A DNA stretch of 64,000 nucleotides from an uncultured Chloroflexia bacterium (GTDB lineage: Bacteria; Chloroflexota; Limnocylindria; Limnocylindrales; CSP1-4): positions 928,001 through 992,000 of the forward strand of contig CAWFXA010000003.1 in NCBI GenBank assembly GCA_963819655.1. The letters run 5' to 3'. Positions within the stretch are counted from its first letter, which is position 1. Each line of letters begins with the position of its first letter. A program made the translations under genes and the position numbers. Below the pieces are notes generated by a model, which was given only the letters and a program-made list of their open reading frames with translations, ran no database searches and was not told the origin of the DNA. This document shows, piece after piece, positions 20,261 to 31,283 of the stretch.

Positions 20261-20301
20261 CACCTGAGAAGACGAGTCCCACGCTGCGGAGATCGGGCGA
20301 G

Positions 20302-20376
20302 TGGCTCCGGCGGTAGGATTCGAACCTACGACATGGCGGTTAACAGCCGCCCGCTCTACCACTGAGCTACGCCGGA
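20302..20376 (-). tRNA. tRNA-Asn (GTT)
   Basis: Cloverleaf: TCCGGCG acceptor stem, D arm, GGCGG-CTGTTAA-CCGCC anticodon arm, TTCGAAT T loop, encoded CCA. Confidence 0.98.
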
Positions 20377-20443
20377 ACGCGCCACGGGCATCGCACCCGC
20401 GGGAGGCCATCTCGTGGCCGGTCGGAAGGATACCGCAGCGTGG

Positions 20444-21235
20444 CTAGCGCAGCAGGAGCACGAGCACCGACACGGCCAGCGCGGCGATGAAGAAGATGAC
20501 CGCGAACTTCAGCCATGTGTCGCGCGCCACGATGACCGCTGGCGCGCGCCCGAGTGAGCTCCGCACGGACTCGAGCGGGACGAACCACTGAGGATCGCGT
20601 TCCACGAATCCGCGTCGTGACTCGGCCAGGGCGATCGTCACGTCGGCCATCGCCCGGGCGGTCGAGCCCGCCGGGACACGGGCCGCCGCGGCGGTCAGCT
20701 CCGCGAGATCGACTGTCCCGTCCTCGAGCCAGCCGATGTACTGGCGCAGCGATGCGAGCTCCACCGCCCCTTCGGGTGAGCCCCCCTCGACTCCGTCGAT
20801 CTCGGCCCTGGCGTCCTCGTAGCGGCCGACGAAAGCCAGGACCTCGCCCCGCGCGAGGCGAGTCGCCGCGGTGGACGGCGTCGTCGCCAGCCAGCGCTCG
20901 ACGTCGGCAGGCTTGACCGGCACCGGCCCGCCGGTCCGCTCGACGAAGCGGTCCAATTCTGTGCGGCCGAGCCAGCTGTACGCCTCGAAGGTGCGACGCA
21001 GACGCGCCGGGAAGGACAGGAACGCCGCCAGCGAACCGACCAGCGCCCCGACAGCGGCTGTGATGACGGGCTGGAAGGGTGACGGCAGGCCGTCCGCGAC
21101 GAACGGGGTCATGAGGATCGCGACGACGATCGCGAGCGCCGCGCCCACCAGAAGCGCGCGGTTCAGCATCGGCGAGAAGGCGTGGATCATCGCCACGTTC
21201 CGGGCAGGCAGGCTCTCGATCCACTGCTCGGTCAC
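20444..21235 (-). CDS. Hypothetical membrane protein
   Basis: Two N-terminal TM helices, a helical soluble region and a C-terminal TM helix. Confidence 0.7.
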   Translation of the reverse strand: MTEQWIESLPARNVAMIHAFSPMLNRALLVGAALAIVVAILMTPFVADGLPSPFQPVITAAVGALVGSLAAFLSFPARLRRTFEAYSWLGRTELDRFVERTGGPVPVKPADVERWLATTPSTAATRLARGEVLAFVGRYEDARAEIDGVEGGSPEGAVELASLRQYIGWLEDGTVDLAELTAAAARVPAGSTARAMADVTIALAESRRGFVERDPQWFVPLESVRSSLGRAPAVIVARDTWLKFAVIFFIAALAVSVLVLLLR

Positions 21236-21248
21236 GTCGCGTTCGCGG

Positions 21249-22166
21249 TCAAGGACGTTCGATGGGACTGTCGGGCCGGTTGCCCCACTCCTCCCATGAT
21301 CCGGCGTAGCTGCGAACCTGGTCGTAGCCGGCCAGCTCGTGGAGGACGAACCAGACCAGGGCCGCGCGAACACCGCCCTGGCAATACGTGGCCCGGATCT
21401 CATCGGGCTCGGCGCCGCTCGCACGGATGAGCGAAAGCATCTCGTCGACCGTGCGGAACGTGCCCTCGTCGGTCAGCAGGTCGACGAAGCATCGATGCCG
21501 AGCACCCGGGATGTGGCCGCCACGTCGGGCGCGCAGGTCGGTCCCGACCCACTCGCCGGCGGTTCGTACGTCGAGGATGCGGGTCGGCGCGTCGTCGCCT
21601 CCGCTGCTCTCGCGACTCCAGGCGAGGACCTCGTCGTACGTCGCGAGAATCGAGTCGTCCGGGTCTCCGAGTGTCGGTGGTCGGCGATCGAGCGTGGTTG
21701 CTGCACCTCGTTCCTCGCGCGTCGACTCCTGGCCGACACGCGACCAAGCCTTGATCCCGCCGTCGAGCACGTGCAGACGGTCCTGCGGGTAGCGGTAGAG
21801 CCTGAGAAGCCAGTAGCCGCGGATGGCCTGGCGGTTCATGCCGACGTCGTCGTAGAACACGATCCGATCGCCGTCGCCGACGCCCCACCGGCGCAGGACG
21901 TCGGAGACCTGGTCAGGGTTGGGGATCAACCAATCGCGTTCGGCGTCGCCGGTCTCCGGCGCGGTCCCGCGCAACGCGATCTCTCGATGGAGGTCGCTGT
22001 AGACGGCACCCGGGATGTGGCGTCGATTGAAGACACGGCGGTTCGGGGCGACGTGGACGATGCGCAGGTCGGCGTCGTGAAGGTGGTCGGCCAGCCAATC
22101 GACGCCGACGAGCGGACCGGGTCGGTCGATCGTCTCGTTCGTCGTAGGTGTCGAGGCCCGACTCAC
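21249..22166 (-). CDS. Tandem rhodanese sulfurtransferase
   Basis: HIPGAV, VLDGG, ILDVR, GHIPGA, YCQGGVRA, YAGSWEEW. Confidence 0.92.
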   Translation of the reverse strand: MSRASTPTTNETIDRPGPLVGVDWLADHLHDADLRIVHVAPNRRVFNRRHIPGAVYSDLHREIALRGTAPETGDAERDWLIPNPDQVSDVLRRWGVGDGDRIVFYDDVGMNRQAIRGYWLLRLYRYPQDRLHVLDGGIKAWSRVGQESTREERGAATTLDRRPPTLGDPDDSILATYDEVLAWSRESSGGDDAPTRILDVRTAGEWVGTDLRARRGGHIPGARHRCFVDLLTDEGTFRTVDEMLSLIRASGAEPDEIRATYCQGGVRAALVWFVLHELAGYDQVRSYAGSWEEWGNRPDSPIERP

Positions 22167-22227
22167 GCGGGCGTCTCGCGGGGCGGTTCGACCATCGGCC
22201 GATGCTAGCAGGCGATACCCTGCCGAC

Positions 22228-23031
22228 GTGACCGCTCCCCCGGCCGCGCCGCTGCCGTGGCGCACCCTGGTGCTGATCTATCCGGTGCTCGACGCGCGGT
22301 TCGGTTCCGGGCTGGCGCGGCGCCGTGCCCGGCGGGTCATGGCGCGCGAGGAGCGCGAGGCCATCCACGCCATCCTCGAGCGGTTGCCCGAGACGGTCAG
22401 GGACTGGAGCTCGGGACTGGCGACGCTCGAGCCGTTCGACATCATCGAGATCCGGCGACCGATGGGGTCCATGTCATCGAGTGGCGGAGGGCGCTGGTGG
22501 GTCGGGCCACGCGAGGTGCGACCGGCGCTCTCCGACGTGGCCGCCGAAGGCGGCCGCTACGACTCGGTGTTCGCGCTGTGGCCGGGCGATCCCGACGTGC
22601 CGCAGTGCGGCTGGGGCTGCACGCTGGGGCCGTCCGACGAGACGTTCGGAGCGGGTTTCTCGTCGATCTCCACCGACCACTGGCGGACCCTGGCAACCGA
22701 TCCCGATCCGGCGCAGGGGTACGTCCACGAGTGGCTGCACCAGGTCGAGGCGGTGTATCGGTCGCTGGGCGTCTCCGAAGCGGAGTTGCCGTCGCTCCAC
22801 GAGGCCGGGGCGTTCACGTCGCGACGACCGTCGGACGAACCGCCGTTCGGTGGCACGTTCGCCGAGTACCACAACGGAGCCGGGGGCCGGGCCGGCTCGG
22901 GGACATGGTCGCCGTGGTATCGGGACTGGATGACCGGGATGCTGGCACCGGCCGGCGAGGCACGTGCCTTCGCCGACTCGCCAGCCCGGATCGGCCTCAC
23001 CCCGGAGCGCTGGGCCCTCAGGTCCCGCTGA
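22228..23031 (+). CDS. Hypothetical protein with HEXXH zinc-metalloprotease-like motif
   Basis: GYVHEWLHQVE followed by LH. Confidence 0.6.
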   Translation: MTAPPAAPLPWRTLVLIYPVLDARFGSGLARRRARRVMAREEREAIHAILERLPETVRDWSSGLATLEPFDIIEIRRPMGSMSSSGGGRWWVGPREVRPALSDVAAEGGRYDSVFALWPGDPDVPQCGWGCTLGPSDETFGAGFSSISTDHWRTLATDPDPAQGYVHEWLHQVEAVYRSLGVSEAELPSLHEAGAFTSRRPSDEPPFGGTFAEYHNGAGGRAGSGTWSPWYRDWMTGMLAPAGEARAFADSPARIGLTPERWALRSR

Positions 23032-23100
23032 GCCCGGGGCTTGGACCGGGCCGTTGCCTCAGCTAAGCGGCGGGTGAGCGCATCCAGTCATCCTCATGTC

Positions 23101-23754
23101 GTGAGCAGCCGAGAACGCGCGATCGACATCGGATCCGCTCGTGCGCGCGAGATCCTCGCTCGCCTCCCAGCCGAGGCCCGGACGGCTCGGCTGAACAGCG
23201 GCGTAGGTCAAGACGACGTCGCTAGCGCGCTTGGTATATCGGTATCGCAATACAGCCGGATAGAGCGGGGACTATCCCCGGACTTGTCAGTCGAGATGGC
23301 CGTACGGATGTTCGCCGTGCTCGGCATGGACCTCTCGATCCGCGCATACCCGGCGGGCGATCCGGTCCGCGACGCGGCGCACGCCGCCTTGCTCGAGCGG
23401 CTTCATCTCTGCTGTCACCGCTCCATCACGTGGCGCACCGAGGTCCCGTTTCCGATCCCGAACGACCTTCGTGCCTGGGACGCGACGGCGGTGTGCCCGG
23501 CCTTCCGCGCCGGAGTCGAGGCGGAGACCCGGATCCGCGACGTCCAGGCACTCGATCGACGCCTTGCGCTGAAGGAGCGCGACGGTGGGATGGATCGGCT
23601 GTTCCTGCTCGTGCTTGATTCCAGGGCGAACCGGACCGTGCTTCGCGCGCATGGAGCACAGCTATCCCTGCGGTTCCCGGTCCCGGGCGCCCGTGCGCTC
23701 GAGCTGATCGGCGCGGGCGTCGACCCGGGTCGCAATGCGCTCATCCTGCTCTAG
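23101..23754 (+). CDS. XRE helix-turn-helix protein with C-terminal PD-(D/E)XK/DUF559-like domain
   Basis: QDDVASALGISVSQYSRIERG HTH; WRTEVPF...RAWDA...GVEAETRIRDVQALDRR; start uncertain (23041-23101). Confidence 0.75.
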   Translation: MSSRERAIDIGSARAREILARLPAEARTARLNSGVGQDDVASALGISVSQYSRIERGLSPDLSVEMAVRMFAVLGMDLSIRAYPAGDPVRDAAHAALLERLHLCCHRSITWRTEVPFPIPNDLRAWDATAVCPAFRAGVEAETRIRDVQALDRRLALKERDGGMDRLFLLVLDSRANRTVLRAHGAQLSLRFPVPGARALELIGAGVDPGRNALILL

Positions 23755-23762
23755 GAGGGCAG

Positions 23763-23958
23763 GCTTGCATCCGATGCATGCACACCCGATTGCAACCGCT
23801 CGTCCACCAACGTCCCTGCAGTTGCTGCGGCCTTGGATGCGAATCCACCGCTAGTGCAGCCCCAGAATGGTCAGCGGACTCGCACATACGGCATCAGAGG
23901 CCGGATCCGCAACGCGCCCAGGGCGGTCGGCCTGCAGTGCTTGCATCAGATACAAGCA
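23763..23958. repeat. Degenerate GCATC-N-GATGC palindrome array downstream of the HTH-nuclease-like gene
   Basis: Motif variants at 23767, 23830, 23891 and 23943; the last extends to TGCTTGCATCAGATACAAGCA. Confidence 0.45.
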
Positions 23959-24082
23959 GTCACCGGGAATCCGTCATCCAGCGGCGGGTTTGGTGCGTCC
24001 TTGCCGGCGGCGCCCCCTGTCCGCGCACGGGCGACCGCGCGGCGCCCCGCGGCGCCCCCTGTCCGGCCCGTGCCGCGTCGCG

Positions 24083-25825
<1,743 letters not shown>

Positions 25826-25843
25826 TCGATTCCTCCTTGGGTC

Positions 25844-27757
25844 TCAGGTGTGAGCGGCCATCGCTGGCCGCGCGAGTAGTCGTGTGTCTTCTCGACGTCG
25901 ATCGATCGACTTTCGAGTCTCGTTGATATGGCGTCGCTCGAGCAGCAGACGGTCGATCGATTCGGTGTCAGCCGCACGTTCCGCCTCGGCCAGGGCCGAT
26001 TCATTGAATTCGCTGCGCTCGCGGATCAGGTCGTCCTCGAGATCGAGCAGCAACCGGGCAACCTCGCGCGCCTCGGGGATCGGGCGCTGGAGCGCGAGGA
26101 GCGCATGGGCCAGCGACCGCGTCTCCTCATCGAGACTGAGCAACAGGCTCGCCCGGTCGAACTCCGGATGGACGCCCCGGTCGTCGGGCGCCCGGGCCAG
26201 CACGATCGCCCGATAGAGTTCGCGCGCCAACGTGCTCGGGAGCTGGTCGGGCCCGAGCTCCTCCACGACCCGCAGCTGTTCCTCGGGCAGGAGCAGCAGC
26301 AACCGCAACAGCTCGGCCTCGACCGGCGACACGGCGCGCAGGATGTCACCGATCGGCAGCACGTCCGGCGACGCCAGCACTGCGTCCGCGGTGATGCGTG
26401 TCTGCGATTCCGACCCGCGGCGTGGACCCACCCCACCGGCGGCAGCGATCCGCCGGTCGAGCACCTGGCGCAGGACGCGCTCCTCGACACCGGACACCCG
26501 CCGCACCTCCTGGAGCGCCTCGTCGCGTCGCAGCGGATCGGCGATGTCGCGGATGGCCGGCATGACGGCATCGATGAAGCCCATCCGACCGGTCGGTGTC
26601 TTGATGTCGTGGCGTCCCGCGTGATGGCCGATGAGGAATTCGACGAGGGGCTTCGCCTTGGCGATACTCGCCTCCCAGTCGGCCGGGGACTCACGCAGGA
26701 CCTCGTCCGGATCCTTGCCGTCGGGCAGCCGCACGACCCGGACGTCCTCGAGCTTGACGCCGGAGTCATCGCCCTGGAGCTGGCCGATGAGACCGGCCAG
26801 CGCGGTCACCCCAAGCGTGCCGGCCTTCTCCCCCGCCGGGTCGACGTCGTAGGCGAGCGCGATCCGGTTGGCGTAACGCGTCAGCAGCCCGATCTGGTTC
26901 GGGGTGAGCGCGGTCCCGAGGCTGGCCACGACGTTCTCGAAACCGGCCTGATGCGCCATCAGCGCGTCGGTATAGCCCTCGACGATCACGGCCTGGTTGC
27001 CGGCACGGCGGATCGGACCCTTGGCCTTGTCGATCAGGTACAGCGTCCTGCTCTTGTCGAACAGCGGCGTCGCCGGCGAGTTGAGGTACTTGGGTCCGTC
27101 CCCTTCCAGGAGGCGGCCACCGAGCCCGACGGCATTCCCGTTCTGGTCGCGGATCGGGAAGATCACCCGGGCACGGAACTTGTCGATGACGCCCCGTCCG
27201 CGCTGGCTCGGGCTGGCAAGCCCGACTTCGACGAGCTCCTCCGGCCTGATGTCGCGCTTCGCCTGCAGCTGGCGCGCCATGACGTCCCAGCCGCCCGGCG
27301 CCCATCCGAGCTGATAGGTCTCGATCGTCGCGTCCGTGAAGCCCCGGCCGCGCAGATAGTCGAGGGCCGGCTTGCCCGTCTTCGAGCCCGTCAACACGGC
27401 GTGGTAGAAGGCGATCGCCGTGTCGAGCACGCCCCGGAGCCGCTTGCGCCGGATGTCCTCGCGCTTCGTCCGCTCGTCGATCTCCACGCCGGCCTTGCCC
27501 GCGAGGATCCGGAGGGCCTCAGGAAACGACAGACTGTCGCGCTCCATCACGAAGCTGAAGATGTCGCCACCCTTGCCGCAACCGAAGCAATGCCACGACT
27601 CACGGCCCGGGGTGACGACGAACGACGGCGTCTTCTCGCCATGAAAGGGACACAGTCCCTTGTAGGTGGTACCCGCCTTCTTCAGGGAGACGGTCTCGCC
27701 GACGACGTCGACGACGGACAATTTGCTCTTGACTTCGGCAGTCGCGCCGACCGACAA
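25844..27757 (-). CDS. dnaG: DNA primase
   Basis: CPFHGEKTPSF/CFGC zinc finger, PKYLNSP, VEGYTD, YDVDPAG TOPRIM, GKDPD; start 27757 or 27775. Confidence 0.97.
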   Translation of the reverse strand: MSVGATAEVKSKLSVVDVVGETVSLKKAGTTYKGLCPFHGEKTPSFVVTPGRESWHCFGCGKGGDIFSFVMERDSLSFPEALRILAGKAGVEIDERTKREDIRRKRLRGVLDTAIAFYHAVLTGSKTGKPALDYLRGRGFTDATIETYQLGWAPGGWDVMARQLQAKRDIRPEELVEVGLASPSQRGRGVIDKFRARVIFPIRDQNGNAVGLGGRLLEGDGPKYLNSPATPLFDKSRTLYLIDKAKGPIRRAGNQAVIVEGYTDALMAHQAGFENVVASLGTALTPNQIGLLTRYANRIALAYDVDPAGEKAGTLGVTALAGLIGQLQGDDSGVKLEDVRVVRLPDGKDPDEVLRESPADWEASIAKAKPLVEFLIGHHAGRHDIKTPTGRMGFIDAVMPAIRDIADPLRRDEALQEVRRVSGVEERVLRQVLDRRIAAAGGVGPRRGSESQTRITADAVLASPDVLPIGDILRAVSPVEAELLRLLLLLPEEQLRVVEELGPDQLPSTLARELYRAIVLARAPDDRGVHPEFDRASLLLSLDEETRSLAHALLALQRPIPEAREVARLLLDLEDDLIRERSEFNESALAEAERAADTESIDRLLLERRHINETRKSIDRRREDTRLLARPAMAAHT

Positions 27758-27877
27758 ACTCCGCTCCGTTCTCATCGCTGACCGGGCGATGTCGTTCCAC
27801 TTCTGCCCGCTCGACCACCCGCATGGTCCCGGACACACCTGTGGGCCTGTCAAGTCTTGACAAGCCCGGTACGAAGA

Positions 27878-27907
27878 AGCCTACCCCTCGACTGCCCCGA
27901 ATGTCAA
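27878..27907 (-). promoter_or_regulatory. Sigma70-type promoter of dnaG-rpoD
   Basis: TTGACA (27902-27907), 18-bp spacer, TAGGCT (27878-27883) on the minus strand. Confidence 0.65.
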
Positions 27908-27968
27908 CCCATTTGTCAATACTCCAGCGGAGTATCCGACACGTGATCGGGGCTCGGCCGGAGCCTCG

Positions 27969-28751
27969 TCAGGTTGGCGGCAGGAACCCGAACGACGACA
28001 GGATCGCCTGACCGTCAGCCCCTGCGAACCAGTCGAGGAATCCCTTCGCGGCATCCTGGTTCGGTGACGCCTTGACGACCACGCCTGCGTAAGTCGCCCG
28101 AACGTTGGCCGCGTCGGGGACATCGATCGTGCTGACCTTGGTCGAGACTGCGGCGTCCGTCAGGTAGACGATCCCGGCGTCGCCCTCGCCGAGCTCGATC
28201 TTGGCGACCACGGCTTTCACGTTGTCCTCCTGCGACACGATGTTGGCGGCGTAGGCAGCGGCAAAGCCAGGGGGATAGCCGGGATCGTTGGCGAGGTTGT
28301 CCACCAGCTGGGTGGCGTAGGCAGTGATCGGCACCGCGTCACCTGCCGCGATGACCTTCAGACCGCTGCGCGCGAGGTCGGCCGGGCTGTGCACACCCCC
28401 CGGGTTGTCGGCCGGCACGATGATCGTGAGCTCGTTGCCGGCGAAGTCGACAGGATCGCCGCTGGCGAACCCGCCATCGACCAGCTTCTTCGGGTTCGCT
28501 TCGTCGGCCGACAGGAAGACATCGGCGGGAGCTCCCTGCTCGATCTGCGTCTCGAGCGCCGTGGATGAATTGGTCGAAAGGGTCAGCGTGATCCCCGGGT
28601 GACTGGCCTCGTACGCCGGCTTCGCCTTCTCGAGGGCGCCCGTGAGGGACGCCGCGGCGAAGATGATCAGATCCGACGTTGAGGCCGCCGGTCTGGCCGA
28701 ACATCCGGCGAGCACGGCGACCGCGGCAAGCGCGCAAGCGATGGTGCGCAT
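27969..28751 (-). CDS. modA: Molybdate ABC transporter substrate-binding lipoprotein
   Basis: LAGC lipobox, FAAASLT, QIEQGAPADVFLSA, GEGDAGIVYLTD. Confidence 0.93.
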   Translation of the reverse strand: MRTIACALAAVAVLAGCSARPAASTSDLIIFAAASLTGALEKAKPAYEASHPGITLTLSTNSSTALETQIEQGAPADVFLSADEANPKKLVDGGFASGDPVDFAGNELTIIVPADNPGGVHSPADLARSGLKVIAAGDAVPITAYATQLVDNLANDPGYPPGFAAAYAANIVSQEDNVKAVVAKIELGEGDAGIVYLTDAAVSTKVSTIDVPDAANVRATYAGVVVKASPNQDAAKGFLDWFAGADGQAILSSFGFLPPT

Positions 28752-28827
28752 ACCAAGGAGTATCGGGCGGTTCGTGCCGCCGTGTCTAGGTGTCGTGGTC
28801 GCCGTACCTCAGTACGCGACGATCGAG

Positions 28828-30654
28828 TCAGCGCGAGAAGTCGAGTCCATCGATCGCGATCGTCGGGCGGCCCGGCGTCGCGAGATTCGTGATCGTGACG
28901 GTGTGCGCACCGGCGCTGAACCGAGTCGACACCAGCAGCACGCGGTCGTGGTACGAGGTCGCGCGCTGGCCCTGGTAGAACCCCGTGTCGACGATCGTCG
29001 ACACGCCATCGACCGTGACCTGAAGGCGCCCATACGCCGGCCCGGACCTGCCGACAAGGAAGAACCCGTCGCCGTCCGCCGTCGTGAGCGAGATCTCAGC
29101 GTCCTTGACGTTGGTCGTGGTGAGCGTCCCGCGATACGCCGCCGCGCTCGTTCGCCGCGTGGTGCCGTCGGAGAAGCTGAACGCACGATCGTCACGCGGC
29201 ACGATGACCCTGACCGAGCGCCAGTCGCTCCAGTTGCCGACCGCGTCACGGGCTCGCACGTCGAGTTCCCAGGTGCCGGTACCCAGCCGGAACGTCCCGA
29301 CCCGGGTCGTGAGCGTGGTGAGCGCGGAGGTCGTGCCGTCAGGCCGCTGGCGGGTCCGCCACTGGTATCGCGCGATGCCGATGTTGTCGGTCGCGGCCCA
29401 CGTCGCGGTGAACCTCCCGTCGACGGAGCGGACGACGGTCATGGAAGTCTTGAGCGAGGTCATCGTCGGGACCACCGCGTCGACCGACACCCGGCCATAT
29501 CGCCAGGTCGACCAGTTCCCCGCCGCATCCGATGCGCGGACCGCGATCGTCCAGCTGCCGGTCGTCAGTGTCAGGCTGTGGGAGCGCGACGTCGTCGCCT
29601 GGATCGCCGACCATGCGCCCGTGCCACGCCTGCTGCGGACCTGGTAGCCGGTGATGCCCAGGTTGTCCCTTGCGGTATAGCTCAGCGGTACCGAGGCGTC
29701 GCTCGCTGCCGGCACAGACAGGCCCGTCATGAGAGGCACCGCGTCGTCCGGCAGGATCCGCATCACGTTCGTGATATTGGTCAGGTAGCGCAGGTGGCGA
29801 TCGCTGCCCTCGACCGTCCCGAGCCAGTGCGCCGACGCCGAGCTCACTGTCGTGTAGCCCGAGCGGTGGTATCGATTGAGCAAGGACACGTACGCGCGGA
29901 CGCTGTCGAGCCAGGTCTTGTACTTGGCGTACGTATAGCCGTTGCCCGGCGCGTACGGCGTCGCGCCGAACTCGATCTCCCAGCTGTAGAAGAGGATGTT
30001 GCCCCAGTTCCTGGTGATGACTGCGTACCCGCGGGTGCCCGAGTGGCTCTCGGCGTGGAACGTGCCGAGGGCGAACGCGGGGTTCACGCCGCCGTTCACG
30101 AGGGTCCGGTAGATCGCTCGCCCCTCGGCGAGGGCTGGGGAACCGACCGCCCGCAGTCGATCGACGAAGGATGCCTCGGTGAGGGTCGGGCCGGCGAGGA
30201 TCTTGTCGCGGGCGTGCGGGTAGTTCGGCGGGGGCGGGCACAGAGATCGATCCAGGGTTGCTGCGGTCCCGACGGTTCGGTCGAGGGCGTCGGTCACCTG
30301 AGCCGTGACGCTCTGGGTCGTGATCGAGCAGTCGTTGGTCACGACGACCGCGACCGACGATGCCGAAGAGGTTCCCGAGGTGACGGTCGTGCCCCGGACG
30401 GCGACCGAATAGCGCCACGGCGGCTCGGCCCCGGACGCGGTGATCGTGACACGGATCTGGGCGCGGTTCGTGGTGGCGTTGTAGCTGATGCCGCTCTGCG
30501 CCATCGTCACGACGAGCGCCGGCGGACTCGGATCGGCGGCGGCCGCGGGCGCGATGAGCGTGAGGGCCATGAGAACAGCCACCAGACTCGCTCGAGTCGG
30601 CGCGGACGCGGCGCTGGGGCGGCCGTGACGGGGGTGCGACGGTCGGTCGGGCAT
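28828..30654 (-). CDS. Secreted glucosaminidase (GH73/lysozyme-like) domain protein with beta-sandwich repeats
   Basis: Signal peptide; GVNPAFALGTFHAESHSG...NWGNI; two DNxGI...VRAxDAxGNWS repeats. Confidence 0.75.
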   Translation of the reverse strand: MPDRPSHPRHGRPSAASAPTRASLVAVLMALTLIAPAAAADPSPPALVVTMAQSGISYNATTNRAQIRVTITASGAEPPWRYSVAVRGTTVTSGTSSASSVAVVVTNDCSITTQSVTAQVTDALDRTVGTAATLDRSLCPPPPNYPHARDKILAGPTLTEASFVDRLRAVGSPALAEGRAIYRTLVNGGVNPAFALGTFHAESHSGTRGYAVITRNWGNILFYSWEIEFGATPYAPGNGYTYAKYKTWLDSVRAYVSLLNRYHRSGYTTVSSASAHWLGTVEGSDRHLRYLTNITNVMRILPDDAVPLMTGLSVPAASDASVPLSYTARDNLGITGYQVRSRRGTGAWSAIQATTSRSHSLTLTTGSWTIAVRASDAAGNWSTWRYGRVSVDAVVPTMTSLKTSMTVVRSVDGRFTATWAATDNIGIARYQWRTRQRPDGTTSALTTLTTRVGTFRLGTGTWELDVRARDAVGNWSDWRSVRVIVPRDDRAFSFSDGTTRRTSAAAYRGTLTTTNVKDAEISLTTADGDGFFLVGRSGPAYGRLQVTVDGVSTIVDTGFYQGQRATSYHDRVLLVSTRFSAGAHTVTITNLATPGRPTIAIDGLDFSR

Positions 30655-30820
30655 GAGGGCTCGTGACACGCCGGCGGTGCGATGGACCCTCGCCGGCAGC
30701 AGGGGTCTGGGTGCATGACCTTCGGGCCCATGGCGGCATCCGTCAAGCGCTCCCATCTTCGTCAGGTGACTGGTACGGAAGTCCGCTGGGGCATTGCCCT
30801 TCCCGGTTAGTCTCGTGGGC

Positions 30821-31252
30821 ATGGACGAGGGACGGGCGGCCGCGCAGGCGCACATCGAGTCGCTGGCGGAGCCGCGGCGTTCTCAGATGCAACGTCTGCA
30901 CGACGTCATCACCTTGGCGATCCCCGAGGCCGACGTGACGATGTGGGAGTACGGCGGGACGCTGATCGGCTACGGCTCATACGACTATTCGGACAGCAGG
31001 GGGCGACCGACCGGTCGCTGGTTCTCGGTCGGTCTCGCCAACCGCAAGGGTTACATCTCCCTGTTCTCGATGGGCCAGCGGGCCGGCGGCTACCTGGTCG
31101 AGGCCGTCCACGATCGCTTCCCCGGCACGAAGATCGGCCGAAGCTGCCTGAACATCACCAACCCCGAGTCGATCGACGACGACGCCGTCAGGGATCTCGC
31201 GCGCGAGACATGGGACCAGTACAAGGACGGGTTCCAGCGCCCCTCGGCCTAG
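30821..31252 (+). CDS. DUF1801 domain protein
   Basis: LIGYGSYDY, WFSVGLANRKGYISL, GRSCL. Confidence 0.85.
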   Translation: MDEGRAAAQAHIESLAEPRRSQMQRLHDVITLAIPEADVTMWEYGGTLIGYGSYDYSDSRGRPTGRWFSVGLANRKGYISLFSMGQRAGGYLVEAVHDRFPGTKIGRSCLNITNPESIDDDAVRDLARETWDQYKDGFQRPSA

Positions 31253-31283
31253 CACGCCGTGTGGTGACGAGTAGGCTGTCGAG

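Noticed and set aside
15934-20301. Genomic island integrated at tRNA-Asn
   Set aside because: No integrase and no duplicated tRNA 3' end (att site) were found, and composition resembles the flanks.
24007-24065. 17-bp direct repeat GCGGCGCCCCCTGTCCG downstream of rpoD
   Set aside because: Two GC-rich copies only; probably a local duplication or part of a terminator region.
30655-30820. c-di-AMP, c-di-GMP or ZTP riboswitch upstream of the cell-wall hydrolase
   Set aside because: Only fragmentary matches (e.g. GTGACTGG on the opposite strand); the conserved cores could not be assembled.
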